From Thermoleophilia bacterium (GTDB lineage: Bacteria > Actinomycetota > Thermoleophilia > RBG-16-64-13), in the NCBI GenBank assembly GCA_050943595.1, contig JBMNPM010000007.1, forward strand, positions 6,288 through 70,287: a stretch of DNA of 64,000 nt. The letters run 5' to 3'. A model generated the notes under the pieces. That model was not told where the DNA came from and ran no database searches. It saw only the letters and a list, made by a program, of their open reading frames with translations. Each line of letters begins with the position of its first letter. Position 1 is the first letter of the stretch. Positions 20,217 to 30,734 of the stretch are shown piece after piece. The position numbers were made by a program, and so were the translations under genes.

Positions 20217-22285
20217 GTCTCCTCCCTATCATCCATCTTGTAGGGATGATCCCCGTAGTTCAGTGATGGTCCCTGTGGGCCGGTGACGGTTCCCATGGAT
20301 AACGGTCCCTGTGGGCTGGTGTCGATGAGAACCACGGAGAGCGGGTCAAAGCGCCCGTCCGCGATCTCGGAGAGATTCCCTTCTACTACGTTTTCATCGG
20401 AGTAGCCGAGGCGCTCGAGAACAGTCATCCGACCGTCGATGCCGGCTTCCAACAGGCCGGCCGCCAGGGCCTGGGGATTGTGGGGAAGATCGGTAAGGGC
20501 GAGCACGCGGGGGTGCTCACAGACGGCGGCCAGCACCTCGTCAATGCCCCTGCCGTGCGCGCTTGCAAACCTAACGGCCTCCCAGCTGAGTCCAAGCCGG
20601 ACCAGCGCCAGCTGGAAGGAACTGATGCCCGGCACTACCTGCAAAGCGATGTCGGGAAACCGGCGGCGCAAAGTAGCAAGGATACCGTAGCAGCTGGGAT
20701 CGCCCGAGGCCACCACGACAACCCGCCGATGCAACCGGTCACGCACGGCGGCCTCCACGGCATCCATATCAGAGCCGATAACGATGCGCTCAGCCTGTGC
20801 AGGGGCGAAACGGTCCAGGTGACGCGCACCGCCCACCACCACATGAGCACGTTTGACGGCCTGCCATGCTGCGGCACTGGCATGCTCTTCCGCTCCCGGC
20901 CCCACACCAACCACAGTGATGCCCGGTGACCCACCCAACCTCGAAGTCACCAACGCTTCACGCAATCGCCCACTGCATCCAAGGACCAGGTCGTCATACC
21001 CCACCAGCAGGCAGTCGACCGGAGGCGGCACCCGGTTGGCGGCTCGCGCAGTTAGAGCGGCGCGTGCCTCCGACCTTTGGGCGGCCCGCTCCGCAATATC
21101 ATCCCAAACGTCGGTCAGCCCCGCTTCAGCCAACGCAGGTATGGCGGCCTCCACAGTGGGCAGCTCCAACAGGCGTCCAACCAAACCGGCGGGTGCACCC
21201 GCAGCCCCCGCCAGCGCGGCCACCGTCTCCAGGCGAGCGTCACCGTGGCGGCTGTGCGTGTCGAAGATGCCCGCCGCCACCTTCACCAGCTTCCCCACGT
21301 GTCCGACCAGCACCAGTCGCTCCACCCCGCGCTCTGCGCACACATCGATCAGTGCCCCAATGAAGTTAGAGCAGCGCACGATGGCGACCTCCGGTGCATC
21401 CAGTACCTTCTGGGCTGCACGCTCGCCAAACCCACCCGGAACTAAATAAACAGTGCTTACACCGGCAGCAAGAGCCACGTCGACCTGGGGGATGAGCGAG
21501 CGCAACCAAGCCTCCTCGGAGCGGGGAATCACCCGCCCGCTGGTTCCCAGGATAGAGAGACCTCCTGCAATACCCAAGCGCGGATTGAATGTTCTCTCCG
21601 CCAACTCCCGGCCTCCAGGGATGGTGATGGTAACGCGATAGCGCTTCTCCATCCCAGGGGATCCATCACCCAAAGAATGTGCCTCATCTAGAGCTTCCTG
21701 AAGCGCTTCGGCGATCATCCTTCTGGGGACCGGGTTAATGGCGGGCTCGCCCACATCGAGCTGCAGACCGGCTCGGGTCACGGTCCCCACCCCTTCTCCC
21801 GCCACGAACTGTACCGCCGGCAGACGGGAGGATACGGATCTCAAGGCGGCAGACTCCGGATCGCTGCAAGACCCGGCGCAGAGTTCGGTTCCCGATCCGG
21901 CGCTCAGTCCAGCGCCCGGTCCGACGCCCAGCCCCTCCGTCACTTCCAAGTCCACGTGCACGGTCACTCCATCCGTGACATCCGGGTCGTCCCCCGCGTC
22001 CTTGACCAACTCCGCCCATGCTCGACCCGGACCCGTGATCCCTGCCGCCTCCACGGGCAGAACGACCCGCTCGCCGCTCGGAAGCGAGATATCGACCGCC
22101 TCTACCGCTACACCGGCCAGGACCAAAGCCGCAGCCTTGGCCGCCGCCGCAGCACAGGTCCCAGTCGAGTAACCGGTTCGGTTCTTGCTCGTTGTAGTCA
22201 CTCCTTGTCTGCCATCCGCAGCAGTGCATTGACCGTCGCCGCCGCCAACGGACTCCCTCCCCGAGCACCCTCGATCGATATCCAC
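20213..22285 (-). CDS. cbiD: Fusion protein: cobalt-precorrin-5B C1-methyltransferase CbiD (N-terminal) + cobalt-precorrin-7 C5-methyltransferase CbiE (C-terminal).
   Basis: N-terminal region matches CbiD (RTGYSTGTCAAAAAKAA...ILGTSGRVIP). C-terminal ~200 aa match CbiE (ITVVGVGPG...VVVASGDPSCYG). True start probably near 22205 (just after the cbiC stop). Confidence 0.75.
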   Translation of the reverse strand: MDIDRGCSGRESVGGGDGQCTAADGRQGVTTTSKNRTGYSTGTCAAAAAKAAALVLAGVAVEAVDISLPSGERVVLPVEAAGITGPGRAWAELVKDAGDDPDVTDGVTVHVDLEVTEGLGVGPGAGLSAGSGTELCAGSCSDPESAALRSVSSRLPAVQFVAGEGVGTVTRAGLQLDVGEPAINPVPRRMIAEALQEALDEAHSLGDGSPGMEKRYRVTITIPGGRELAERTFNPRLGIAGGLSILGTSGRVIPRSEEAWLRSLIPQVDVALAAGVSTVYLVPGGFGERAAQKVLDAPEVAIVRCSNFIGALIDVCAERGVERLVLVGHVGKLVKVAAGIFDTHSRHGDARLETVAALAGAAGAPAGLVGRLLELPTVEAAIPALAEAGLTDVWDDIAERAAQRSEARAALTARAANRVPPPVDCLLVGYDDLVLGCSGRLREALVTSRLGGSPGITVVGVGPGAEEHASAAAWQAVKRAHVVVGGARHLDRFAPAQAERIVIGSDMDAVEAAVRDRLHRRVVVVASGDPSCYGILATLRRRFPDIALQVVPGISSFQLALVRLGLSWEAVRFASAHGRGIDEVLAAVCEHPRVLALTDLPHNPQALAAGLLEAGIDGRMTVLERLGYSDENVVEGNLSEIADGRFDPLSVVLIDTSPQGPLSMGTVTGPQGPSLNYGDHPYKMDDREET

Positions 22286-22827
22286 ACCAAGTCCGAGGCC
22301 ATGAGAGCGCTCTTCGATTCCGCAGCATCTACGAAGCCTACCGGCATCCCCACCACCAAGGCCGGACGGGCGACACCCTCGCGCGCCAGAGCGAGGACCT
22401 CGCGCAGACCCGTGGGAGCATTGCCTATGGCCACTATCCCCCCATCAAGGTGGTGGACCAGTGCCCGCATGGCAGTGGCGGCCCGAGTCCGCCCCGTCCT
22501 ACCGGCCTCCTTCGCCACCATCTCGTCCGCGATGGCACACAAGACTTGACCTCCCAGGCGCTCCACCCGGCCCCGATTGACACCCAGCAGCACCATCTGT
22601 GTGTCGGTGATCACAGTGACGCCCTGAGAGAGCGCTTCCACCCCCACTCTCATTGCCCGGGGATGGAATCGCACCATCGGCGCAAGCAACGGGTCGCCGG
22701 AGGCATGCACGAGACGCATCACCACCGGCAACTCCTCGGGGCGACAGCAATCCGGCGGCAGCAGCGAAGCGACGATCTCCATACTGCGCTTTTCTATGTC
22801 CTCGGGACCCAGCACAGCGTCTTTCAT
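22198..22827 (-). CDS. cbiC: Cobalt-precorrin-8 methylmutase CbiC.
   Basis: CbiC/CobH motifs (VHASGDP, ITDTQMV, IVAIGNAPT). Start ATG 22827 overlaps the cbiA stop. Confidence 0.8.
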   Translation of the reverse strand: MKDAVLGPEDIEKRSMEIVASLLPPDCCRPEELPVVMRLVHASGDPLLAPMVRFHPRAMRVGVEALSQGVTVITDTQMVLLGVNRGRVERLGGQVLCAIADEMVAKEAGRTGRTRAATAMRALVHHLDGGIVAIGNAPTGLREVLALAREGVARPALVVGMPVGFVDAAESKSALMASDLVWISIEGARGGSPLAAATVNALLRMADKE

Positions 22828-24314
22828 CCCCTCTCTTTTGATCGTTGTATTGGCAGACCTCCCGGTCTCGACTCTCCGTAGACCGCGCACCTGGCCAGCC
22901 AGTGATCCACAGCCCGAGGACGGCCGGCGAAGTGAAGGTGTATGCATGAGGCGAAGAGATCGCCGCTCACAAAACCCTCGGGGCACCCCTCAACCATATA
23001 GGCCGGTGAGCATCCGTGAAACCTACTCCGGTCGATAATGCAACGAGAGTAGCGAAACTCATGCCCTCGCAGCACATCACCGGCCCGCCCCAGCAGACAA
23101 TCCGCAGCAAGCACTCCCTCGCGATAGCCGACCGACTGCAGGCGTCCGTACACAGTGGCCCTCGCCGGAACCGCACCCACCAACCGATAGGTTGCGCTTT
23201 CGAGATCTGCGAGCGTTTCGGACAGATAGAGGAGCCCGCCGCACTCTGCGTAGGTGGGAAGACCGTCGGCGATAGCAGTGTGTATGCTCTCGATCAGGCC
23301 GGCATTGGCTGCTAGGGTGCCGGCGTGCAGCTCCGGAAACCCGCCCCCCAAATAGAGGCCTTCACACTCAGGAAGCGCCTCCGCCGTTAGGGGGCTGAAG
23401 GGGATCAGGGTAGCACCGGCGCGCTCCAGGGCCCTGAGGTTGTCCTGATAGTAGAAGGCAAAGGCATCATCGAGAGCCACCGCAATCCGGAGGCCACTCG
23501 CTTCTGGACGCTGCGCTGGGGAGAAAGCCGAGGCGGTCGTGCCGTCGACCCGCTCCCCCTTCGAGCTCGATGAACATGGGTCCGACGAACATAAGTCCGG
23601 CGGACATAGACCCGACGAACACCCTTCTCGCGCCACCTCCAGCAGACGATCGAGGTCCACGTGGGCCTCGACAAGCTCGGCCAACCTCCCCATGACCACC
23701 TCTACCTCGTTACCCAGCTCCCCGGCAACCACCAGCCCCAGATGGCGTGTGGGCAGCACGACCTCCGGCGCCGGCGGCACGAGGCCCAAGAGCTCCACCC
23801 CGGCCCGATCCAGAGCCGCGGCCACTGCGCCTAGGTCACGATGAGACCCCCAGCGGTTGAGAATAACCCCCGGCACATCCACACGGTCGTCGTACGTCCG
23901 AAAGCCCAGGGCCAGGGCACCCACACTGGCCGCGGTACGTGATGCGTCCACCACCAGAACCACCGGCACCCCCAGAAGGGCTGCTATATCGGCAGTACTG
24001 GTTGGAGTAACTCCGTCGCGATGGCCGTCGAACAGTCCCATCACCCCTTCGATGACGACCATATCGGCCACGCCTGTCTGCGATGCCACGGCCTCCTGCA
24101 CCGCCTCGCGGCCCATCATCCACAGATCCAGATTACGACCCGGTTGACCCGTCGCGAAGTGCTGGTAACCCGTGTCGAGGTAGTCCGGCCCCACCTTGAA
24201 CCCCTGCACCTGCAAACCGCGGCGTCGCAGCGCGGCCATGATGCCCAGAGCGACGGTCGTCTTGCCGTCGCCACTGCGCGGAGCCGCTATAACGACTGCC
24301 GGTGGCCGCCTCAA
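22824..24314 (-). CDS. cbiA: Cobyrinic acid a,c-diamide synthase CbiA.
   Basis: VIAAPRSGDGKTTVALGIMAAL, with a C-terminal GATase domain. Confidence 0.85.
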   Translation of the reverse strand: MRRPPAVVIAAPRSGDGKTTVALGIMAALRRRGLQVQGFKVGPDYLDTGYQHFATGQPGRNLDLWMMGREAVQEAVASQTGVADMVVIEGVMGLFDGHRDGVTPTSTADIAALLGVPVVLVVDASRTAASVGALALGFRTYDDRVDVPGVILNRWGSHRDLGAVAAALDRAGVELLGLVPPAPEVVLPTRHLGLVVAGELGNEVEVVMGRLAELVEAHVDLDRLLEVAREGCSSGLCPPDLCSSDPCSSSSKGERVDGTTASAFSPAQRPEASGLRIAVALDDAFAFYYQDNLRALERAGATLIPFSPLTAEALPECEGLYLGGGFPELHAGTLAANAGLIESIHTAIADGLPTYAECGGLLYLSETLADLESATYRLVGAVPARATVYGRLQSVGYREGVLAADCLLGRAGDVLRGHEFRYSRCIIDRSRFHGCSPAYMVEGCPEGFVSGDLFASCIHLHFAGRPRAVDHWLARCAVYGESRPGGLPIQRSKERG

Positions 24315-25432
24315 CGGGGCTCCCCATCCGGACGCAGTTCCTCCAATTTCGCAAACGCCGCCAACAGAAGCCGGTTCTGCGCAGGCAGCCGCGGACTTAT
24401 CCTGATGTACTGAGAAAGCCCGAACGATGAGCAGTCACGAACCAGGCACCCCTGCTCCAGCAGACGCCTCCTCACCAAAGCCGCATTCCTCACTCGGACA
24501 AGGAAGAATCCGGCATCTGAGGGGAGAACCGTCCACCCCTGAGCCCACAGCCCCAAGACGAGGTCGTCCCGGCCGCTACGCAACAGCCGGACGGCCTCAT
24601 AATACGCAGCCGGATCATTGAGAACGGCTTCCCCAGCAGCCTGCGCGCAGGCGTTGACGCTCCAGGGAGGCTTTGCAGCGCGAAGAGCCGCAGCCATCGA
24701 GTCGTGGGCCAACGCATAGCCCAGGCGCAGGCCCGCCAATCCCCACGCCTTGGTCATAGAACGAAGGACAACCAAATTCCCACGAGCCAGCGTGGTGGCA
24801 GTCCACTGGGGATATTCCAATAGGTCACAGTAGGCTTCGTCAAGAACAAACACGATCCCCGGAAAGCAGGCCACCAGCTCCTCGATGGCCTGCGGAGGGA
24901 CAGCCGTGCCGGTAGGGTTGTTCGGCGAGCAGAGCCAGCAGAGTTTGGGCAGGAATTGCTCGAGCGCGCGCACAAACGCATCCTCTCGATAGATAAACGC
25001 GCCCTTCTCCAAGAACAGGCGGTGTTCTATAAAAGACGCGCGGGCAATCACGGAGGCGACCTCATACTCGCCGAAGGAGGGGGCAAGGGAAAGAGCCACA
25101 TCTCCTTCGCGGAGAATAATCTGGGCGAGGAGGCGGATGAGTTCGGTGCTCCCGTTGCCCACCACCACCTGGGCAGGGTCTACGCCGTGCCGGATCGCGA
25201 CCGCGCCGGCAAAACCCCGCGCGTCGCGATCCGGGTAGGCCTCCAAAACAGCGCCCGCAATGGCTGCTCGAATCCTCGGCGAGACCGCCAGTGGGGATTG
25301 ATTAGCACTGAAGTCGATCACCTCGGTCCGCTCAAGACCGAGCGCCCGCAACTCAGCCTCGTCGATGCCTCCATGAACGGCAGGTGTCACTGCGAGAGGA
25401 GACGACCGGTTCGAGGTGAAGATCTGAATCAT
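24311..25432 (-). CDS. cobD: L-threonine-O-3-phosphate decarboxylase CobD (PLP class I/II aminotransferase fold).
   Basis: Aminotransferase-like with PLP lysine region (LRSMTKAWGLAGLRLGY) in the cob operon. Start ATG at 25432 (MIQIFTS...). Confidence 0.7.
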   Translation of the reverse strand: MIQIFTSNRSSPLAVTPAVHGGIDEAELRALGLERTEVIDFSANQSPLAVSPRIRAAIAGAVLEAYPDRDARGFAGAVAIRHGVDPAQVVVGNGSTELIRLLAQIILREGDVALSLAPSFGEYEVASVIARASFIEHRLFLEKGAFIYREDAFVRALEQFLPKLCWLCSPNNPTGTAVPPQAIEELVACFPGIVFVLDEAYCDLLEYPQWTATTLARGNLVVLRSMTKAWGLAGLRLGYALAHDSMAAALRAAKPPWSVNACAQAAGEAVLNDPAAYYEAVRLLRSGRDDLVLGLWAQGWTVLPSDAGFFLVRVRNAALVRRRLLEQGCLVRDCSSFGLSQYIRISPRLPAQNRLLLAAFAKLEELRPDGEPR

Positions 25433-25472
25433 GGGCAACGGCACCCACCGACCGCTCTGATTCCCTGATACG

Positions 25473-27752
25473 TCAACATATTTCTCCGCGCACACGTGCG
25501 GCAGCTTTGACCATATTCTCTAGTGAAGCGGTAGCTTCACACCAGCCCCGCGTCTTCAATCCACAGTCTGGGTTTACCCATACCCGTTCCGCCGGAAAGA
25601 CCTCAAGAATTCGGCGGATACGTTCCGCCATCTCCTCAACCGAAGGGATTCGAGGACTGTGAACATCCCAAACACCAGGACCGATCTCACGCGGATACTC
25701 TTGATCTAGGAATGTCCCAAGCAACTGCATACCACTACGACACGCCTCAATGCTAATGACATCGGCATCCATTTCAACGATCCAAGAAGCAATGTCACCA
25801 AAATCACCGTAACACATGTGGGTATGGATTTGCGTCTCATCTCTTACACTTGATGTGGCTATTCGGAATGCGTCAACAGCCCATCTTAAGTATGCGTCTC
25901 TGTCACAAAAACGAAGTGGGAGCCCCTCTCGTAGGGCCGGCTCGTCAACCTGGATGATACGAATACCTGCGGCTTCCAGGTCTTGGACTTCGTCTCGAAC
26001 GGCCAAGGCAACCTGTCGTGCCACATCCTGCCGGTCGATGTCGTTTCGCACGAAACTCCACTGGAGCATTGTCACCGGACCTGTGAGCATACCTTTGAGC
26101 GGCTTGCTCGTAAGTGATTGGGCGAACGTGATCCAACCAAGAGTAATAGCCTCCGGGCGAGAAACGTCTCCATAGATGATCGGGGGCTTGACGCATCGAC
26201 TGCCGTAGCTCTGTACCCACCCGTGCCGGGTCGTGCAGAATCCCTTCAGGTGTTCGGCGAAATACTCGACCATATCGTTGCGTTCCGGCTCGCCGTGAAC
26301 GAGTACATCCACACCAACCTGAAGCTGGGCCTCAACGATGTCGCGAATGAAGTCATACATGGCCTGCTCGTAGTCCGCGTGCAGCGTCTTCCCGGTCTTG
26401 TGCGCGTTGCGAATGCTGCGCATTTCCCGGGTTTGGGGAAAGGATCCAATGGTTGTTGTGGGCAGAAGGGGCAGTTGAAGAGCTGCCTGTTGCAGGGGAC
26501 GTCTCACCGCGTAGGGCTGGTTGCGGTGGAGCATATCTGCAGTGACGGCTTCACATCTCTGCCTGACATGTGGATCGATTGTGTTTGCCGCCTTCTGTAG
26601 ATAAGACTCGGCCTCCGGCTTCGCGGAGGAGACTTCGGAGGAAGCCCCGCCTCCTAGGTAGAGACTGTCCAAAGCTCTGAGTTCCGCACACTTCTGCACG
26701 GCAAAAGCCAGCATGGCGCTGATTGCAGGCTCGATTTCGGTCTCCTCGCCCAAATCCACGGGAACATGGAGGAGAGAACACGACGTGCCAAGCATGACGC
26801 GGTCGGTTCCCAGCGCCTGGGCAGCGTGGTCAATGTGCCGAAGGGCCGTGTCCACATCTACTTTCCATATGTTCCGGCCATCAACGAGACCAAGGGATAG
26901 CGCCGGTCCGCTTGGTAGCCGGTTTATTGTCTCGGTGAGCTGTCCCGGAGCTGAGACGAGATCTATATGAAGTGCACCCAGGCTTGGGTTACAAACCGCG
27001 TCGATATTCTCGTCCAAAGAGCCGAAGTAGGTGGCCAGCATCAGCTTCGCGGGGAAGGCGGCCCTGATCAGACGATCCAGAATCGAGGAGAAGCAGGCCC
27101 GCTCCTCTACGGACATGTGCATGGTCACGATCGGTTCGTCGAGTTGGATCCATTCCGATTTGTCACTGAGAACTCCCAGTATTTCTTCATAGGCTGCAAC
27201 CAGCGACTCGACATGGCCCATAGCGTCGCGGCCTTCGTCTATAACCCTACTCAATCGCAGAAAAGTCATGGGGCCGAGAAGCACAGGCTTGACGCGAATG
27301 CCTGCAGCTACGGCTTCGTCGATCTGGTCGACCAGTGAATGGCAGTCGGGTTGGTAGTGCCCTCGAGAGTCCAGCTCCGGAACAATGTAATGGTAGTTGG
27401 TATCGAACCACTTGGTCATCTGTAGAGCGTGGACACCATCGGAGTCCCGATCGCCCCGAGCCATACGGAAGTAGCTGTGCAGATCAATCAATCCGTCGCG
27501 CCGTCTATACCGCTCAGGCACGGCACCCAGTATCACCGCCGTATCGAGTACATGGTCGTAGAGCGAGAAGTCACCAACCGGCAGAAGATCGATTCCATGT
27601 TCTCTTTGGAGTCGCCAATTTTGCATTCTCACCATACGGGCAGATTCCCTCAGGTCGGCTTCCGAGATCTCGTCCGCCCAAAATGCTTCTAGAGCCAGTT
27701 TCAGCTCCCGTTTCTTACCGATGCGGGGAAAGCCGAGTGTGTGGGTTAGCAT
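25473..27752 (-). CDS. metE: Cobalamin-independent methionine synthase MetE.
   Basis: Two-domain MetE (MLTHTLGFPRIGKKREL...). Start ATG 27752 with GGAG RBS; overlaps the nrdG stop by 7 nt. Confidence 0.9.
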   Translation of the reverse strand: MLTHTLGFPRIGKKRELKLALEAFWADEISEADLRESARMVRMQNWRLQREHGIDLLPVGDFSLYDHVLDTAVILGAVPERYRRRDGLIDLHSYFRMARGDRDSDGVHALQMTKWFDTNYHYIVPELDSRGHYQPDCHSLVDQIDEAVAAGIRVKPVLLGPMTFLRLSRVIDEGRDAMGHVESLVAAYEEILGVLSDKSEWIQLDEPIVTMHMSVEERACFSSILDRLIRAAFPAKLMLATYFGSLDENIDAVCNPSLGALHIDLVSAPGQLTETINRLPSGPALSLGLVDGRNIWKVDVDTALRHIDHAAQALGTDRVMLGTSCSLLHVPVDLGEETEIEPAISAMLAFAVQKCAELRALDSLYLGGGASSEVSSAKPEAESYLQKAANTIDPHVRQRCEAVTADMLHRNQPYAVRRPLQQAALQLPLLPTTTIGSFPQTREMRSIRNAHKTGKTLHADYEQAMYDFIRDIVEAQLQVGVDVLVHGEPERNDMVEYFAEHLKGFCTTRHGWVQSYGSRCVKPPIIYGDVSRPEAITLGWITFAQSLTSKPLKGMLTGPVTMLQWSFVRNDIDRQDVARQVALAVRDEVQDLEAAGIRIIQVDEPALREGLPLRFCDRDAYLRWAVDAFRIATSSVRDETQIHTHMCYGDFGDIASWIVEMDADVISIEACRSGMQLLGTFLDQEYPREIGPGVWDVHSPRIPSVEEMAERIRRILEVFPAERVWVNPDCGLKTRGWCEATASLENMVKAAARVRGEIC

Positions 27753-28399
27753 GAAATAAAATCTCCTTCTGTGTGTGAGGCCAATGTCGATGACTGGGCA
27801 CACCACGGGTGCGGTGGTGTAACCGCGTTATGGATTTCCAAGAACGATTCGGCAGGAACAAGCGTTCGGATTTCTCCGATGTCCTGCGAAGAGAGAAGCG
27901 ACCTATCCCAAGTGACCCGGAATTCGTGCTCAATTCCGCTCTGGGCTATGAGGCTGATGCTCTCGCGTATAGGGACTTCCATCCCTTTTACTCCTGCCAC
28001 AAGATCATATTTGTCAAGTGGAGCTTTGATATCCATAGCTATGTAGGACAACAAACCCTGGGATAGCAGTTGCCTGAGAAGCTCCGGCCTGCTCCCATTC
28101 GTGTCCAGTTTGATATCAAAACCAAGCGCACGAATCAGATGGAGAAAGCGAGGTAGATCCTCCTGCAGAGTAGGCTCTCCACCACTCACAGTCACACCCC
28201 CCAGCCTTCCGACTCGTGTCTCCAGGCGGGCAAGTATGTTGCTTTCGTGCAGAAAGTTGTTGTGATGCGAGTGTCGTGGGATGAGTTGCCGATTGTGGCA
28301 GTAGGGACAACAAAAATTACAGCCCTGAACGAATATCACAGCGGCCACTCGACCGGGGAAGTCGGTGAGAGAGAAGGGGAGGAATCCGCCGATGTTCAT
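27746..28399 (-). CDS. nrdG: Anaerobic ribonucleotide reductase activating protein NrdG (radical SAM).
   Basis: FVQGCNFCCPYCHN radical-SAM cluster motif. Stop/start coupled to nrdD. Confidence 0.85.
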   Translation of the reverse strand: MNIGGFLPFSLTDFPGRVAAVIFVQGCNFCCPYCHNRQLIPRHSHHNNFLHESNILARLETRVGRLGGVTVSGGEPTLQEDLPRFLHLIRALGFDIKLDTNGSRPELLRQLLSQGLLSYIAMDIKAPLDKYDLVAGVKGMEVPIRESISLIAQSGIEHEFRVTWDRSLLSSQDIGEIRTLVPAESFLEIHNAVTPPHPWCAQSSTLASHTEGDFISC

Positions 28400-30600
28400 C
28401 TCTTTTGCCCAATCACATACTCTCTTCGTTTCAGAAACTCAGCCTGTTTTCCATCATTCCACTGACTCACAGGACGCAGATATCCCACTACTCGCGAGTA
28501 GACTTCCGTTGTCTTTCCGCACTGGGGGCAAACGGATTGTTCACCCACTAGATAACCGTGGTCAGCACAAATAGAGAAGGTGGGCGATATCGTGAAATAC
28601 GGAAGAGAATATTCTTGGCACACCGTGCGCACGAAAGCCTTGACTGCTCCGGGGTCGGGTGAAGCCTCTCCCAGAAAGACATGGAAGACCGTTCCCCCTG
28701 TATAGCGTCGCTGAAGGCCGTCCTGCAGGTCGAGAGCGGTGAATACGTCGCCACAGTAGTCCACAGGCAATTGGGTAGAGTTTGTGTAGAGAGCCGGACC
28801 TGTATCGATCTGAGAATCCGTCGGGTCTTGAGGTAACGATAGACCCAGCTTCTTCACCAACACCGCATCAAGACAAGCCAGCCGATGACCGGCACTCTCA
28901 GCCGGAGTAGCTTCAAGGTTGTAGAGATGACCGGTGTCTCGCTGGAAGCCGGCAAGCCGGTAGCGCATGTGGTCAAGTACTCGAGCTGCAAAAGCGAGGC
29001 CATTAGGTGTGCCGATGTCTGCGTCCAGCAGGTTGAGGCAGGCTTCGTTCATGCCAACGAGCCCAATTGTGGAGAAGTGATTATGCCAATAGCACCCGTG
29101 ACGCTCTTTGGCATCGCGAAGATAGAATTTGGAGTAGGGATAAAGATTGGCTTCCGTGTACTGCTCGAGCACCTTGCGTTTGATATCTAGGCTGGACCTG
29201 GCAATATCCATCAGCCGGTCCAGACGCCAAAGAAAATCCTCCTCGTCGTCGGCCAGAAGAGCAATTCTGGGCATGTTGATTGTGACTACCCCGATGGAGC
29301 CGGTAAGAGGATTCGCTCCGAATAGTCCCCCGCCTCGACGCTCGAGTGCGCGAAGGTCGAGACGGAGACGGCAACACATGGAACGAGCGTCATCGGGAGA
29401 CATGTCGGAATTGACGAAATTAGCGAAGTACGGGATGCCGTAGCGAGCGGTTGCCCGCCACAGTCCCTCCAAATGAGGGTTGTCCCAGTCGAAATCCGGG
29501 GTGATGGAATAGGTGGGGATGGGAAAGGTAAATGCCCGGCCTCGAGCATCTCCTTCAGCCAACACTTCCACTAGAGCCTGGTTGAACTGGTCCATTTCCG
29601 CCTGAAACTCACCGTAGGTTTCTTCCTGAAGTTCTCCTCCAATGATGACCGGCCGGCTGCGGAGCCCCTCCGGCGGGCGCAGATCCAGAGAGATGTTCGT
29701 GAAAGGAGTCTGGAAGCCCACACGAGTAGGCACGTTTAGATTGAACACGAATTCCTGAAGAGCCTGCTTGGTATCCGAGTATGTGAGACCGTCATATCGG
29801 ATGAAGGGCGCAAGGAGAGTGTCAAGGCTGGAAAACGCCTGCGCCCCCGCGGCCTCACCCTGGAGGGTGTAGAAGAAGTTGGCCACCTGCCCGAGGGCAG
29901 TGCGCAGGTGCCTGGCAGGACGACTCTCCGCCTTGCCGGCCACCCCCCGGAAACCCTCTCGCAGAAGATCCTCAAGGTCCCAGCCTACACAGTACGGAGC
30001 AAGAGTACCCAAGTCGTGCAGGTGAAGGTCACCCGACTCGTGGGCCTCTCTAATCTCCGAGGAGTAGAGCTTGTTCAGCCAGTAGACCCTGCTGACCTCG
30101 CTGGACACATAATTGTTGAGACCCTGTAAGGAGAAAGCCATGTTGCTGTTCTCCTTAACTTGCCAGTCGAGTTTGTCCAAATAGTTATCGACGAGATCAA
30201 GGTCGGCCTTCTGCGTCAGATCTCGTACGCGGGCGCGCTGGTCCCGGTAAACAATGTAGGCTTTAGCAGTCTTCTTGTAGGGGGAGGCAAGCAATACCTC
30301 TTCGACCAAGTCCTGGACCCCCTCCACCGTGGGAGTCTCACCCCCCAGCATGTCTCGAGCCAATAGAACTACTCGGGTTGAGAGGAACTTCGCAACGTCT
30401 CCATTGTCTTCACTGAACTCTCCGGTGGCCTTGCCCGCCCGGAGTATCGCTGAGGTGATCTTGGCTGTGTCAAAAGGAACCAGCCGCCCGTCTCGTTTGC
30501 GTATCTCGGAGAACGCAGGTAAGTGATGTATCTCCGCCCGAGAGGGCGCACAGGCCGGCAGATCATTGCAGGTTGGGTCCGATGTACCAAATGCCGTCAT
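28396..30600 (-). CDS. nrdD: Anaerobic ribonucleoside-triphosphate reductase NrdD (class III) with N-terminal ATP-cone.
   Basis: ATP-cone (VPFDTAKITSAILRAG); C-terminal Zn-ribbon CPQCG + glycyl-radical region RVVGYL. RBS GGAGAAGG before ATG 30600. Confidence 0.9.
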   Translation of the reverse strand: MTAFGTSDPTCNDLPACAPSRAEIHHLPAFSEIRKRDGRLVPFDTAKITSAILRAGKATGEFSEDNGDVAKFLSTRVVLLARDMLGGETPTVEGVQDLVEEVLLASPYKKTAKAYIVYRDQRARVRDLTQKADLDLVDNYLDKLDWQVKENSNMAFSLQGLNNYVSSEVSRVYWLNKLYSSEIREAHESGDLHLHDLGTLAPYCVGWDLEDLLREGFRGVAGKAESRPARHLRTALGQVANFFYTLQGEAAGAQAFSSLDTLLAPFIRYDGLTYSDTKQALQEFVFNLNVPTRVGFQTPFTNISLDLRPPEGLRSRPVIIGGELQEETYGEFQAEMDQFNQALVEVLAEGDARGRAFTFPIPTYSITPDFDWDNPHLEGLWRATARYGIPYFANFVNSDMSPDDARSMCCRLRLDLRALERRGGGLFGANPLTGSIGVVTINMPRIALLADDEEDFLWRLDRLMDIARSSLDIKRKVLEQYTEANLYPYSKFYLRDAKERHGCYWHNHFSTIGLVGMNEACLNLLDADIGTPNGLAFAARVLDHMRYRLAGFQRDTGHLYNLEATPAESAGHRLACLDAVLVKKLGLSLPQDPTDSQIDTGPALYTNSTQLPVDYCGDVFTALDLQDGLQRRYTGGTVFHVFLGEASPDPGAVKAFVRTVCQEYSLPYFTISPTFSICADHGYLVGEQSVCPQCGKTTEVYSRVVGYLRPVSQWNDGKQAEFLKRREYVIGQKR

Positions 30601-30734
30601 AGCCTTCTCCGTCGTTGTGGAGGCAGAGGCGGGAAGGCCAGGGGTAAACCAAGCTCCCAGGGCACTAGGAACCAGGACACCAGTGAGCCGACCGCCTCTC
30701 TCCCTCGAAGTTGCGGTAGCAGTGCATACTCTCG

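Noticed and set aside
20926-22328. Several long antisense/alternate-frame ORFs (e.g. 20926-21363, 21077-21445, 21735-22328) inside the cob genes
   Set aside because: These are typical high-GC spurious ORFs. They are Arg/Pro/Ala-rich, lack starts with an RBS, and are fully embedded in well-supported cbiD/E and cbiC coding sequence.
28396-28450. Possible loss of the conserved Cys next to the glycyl-radical Gly in NrdD (RVVGYL instead of RVCGYL)
   Set aside because: I cannot recall the consensus precisely enough from memory to call this a deviation. It needs an alignment.
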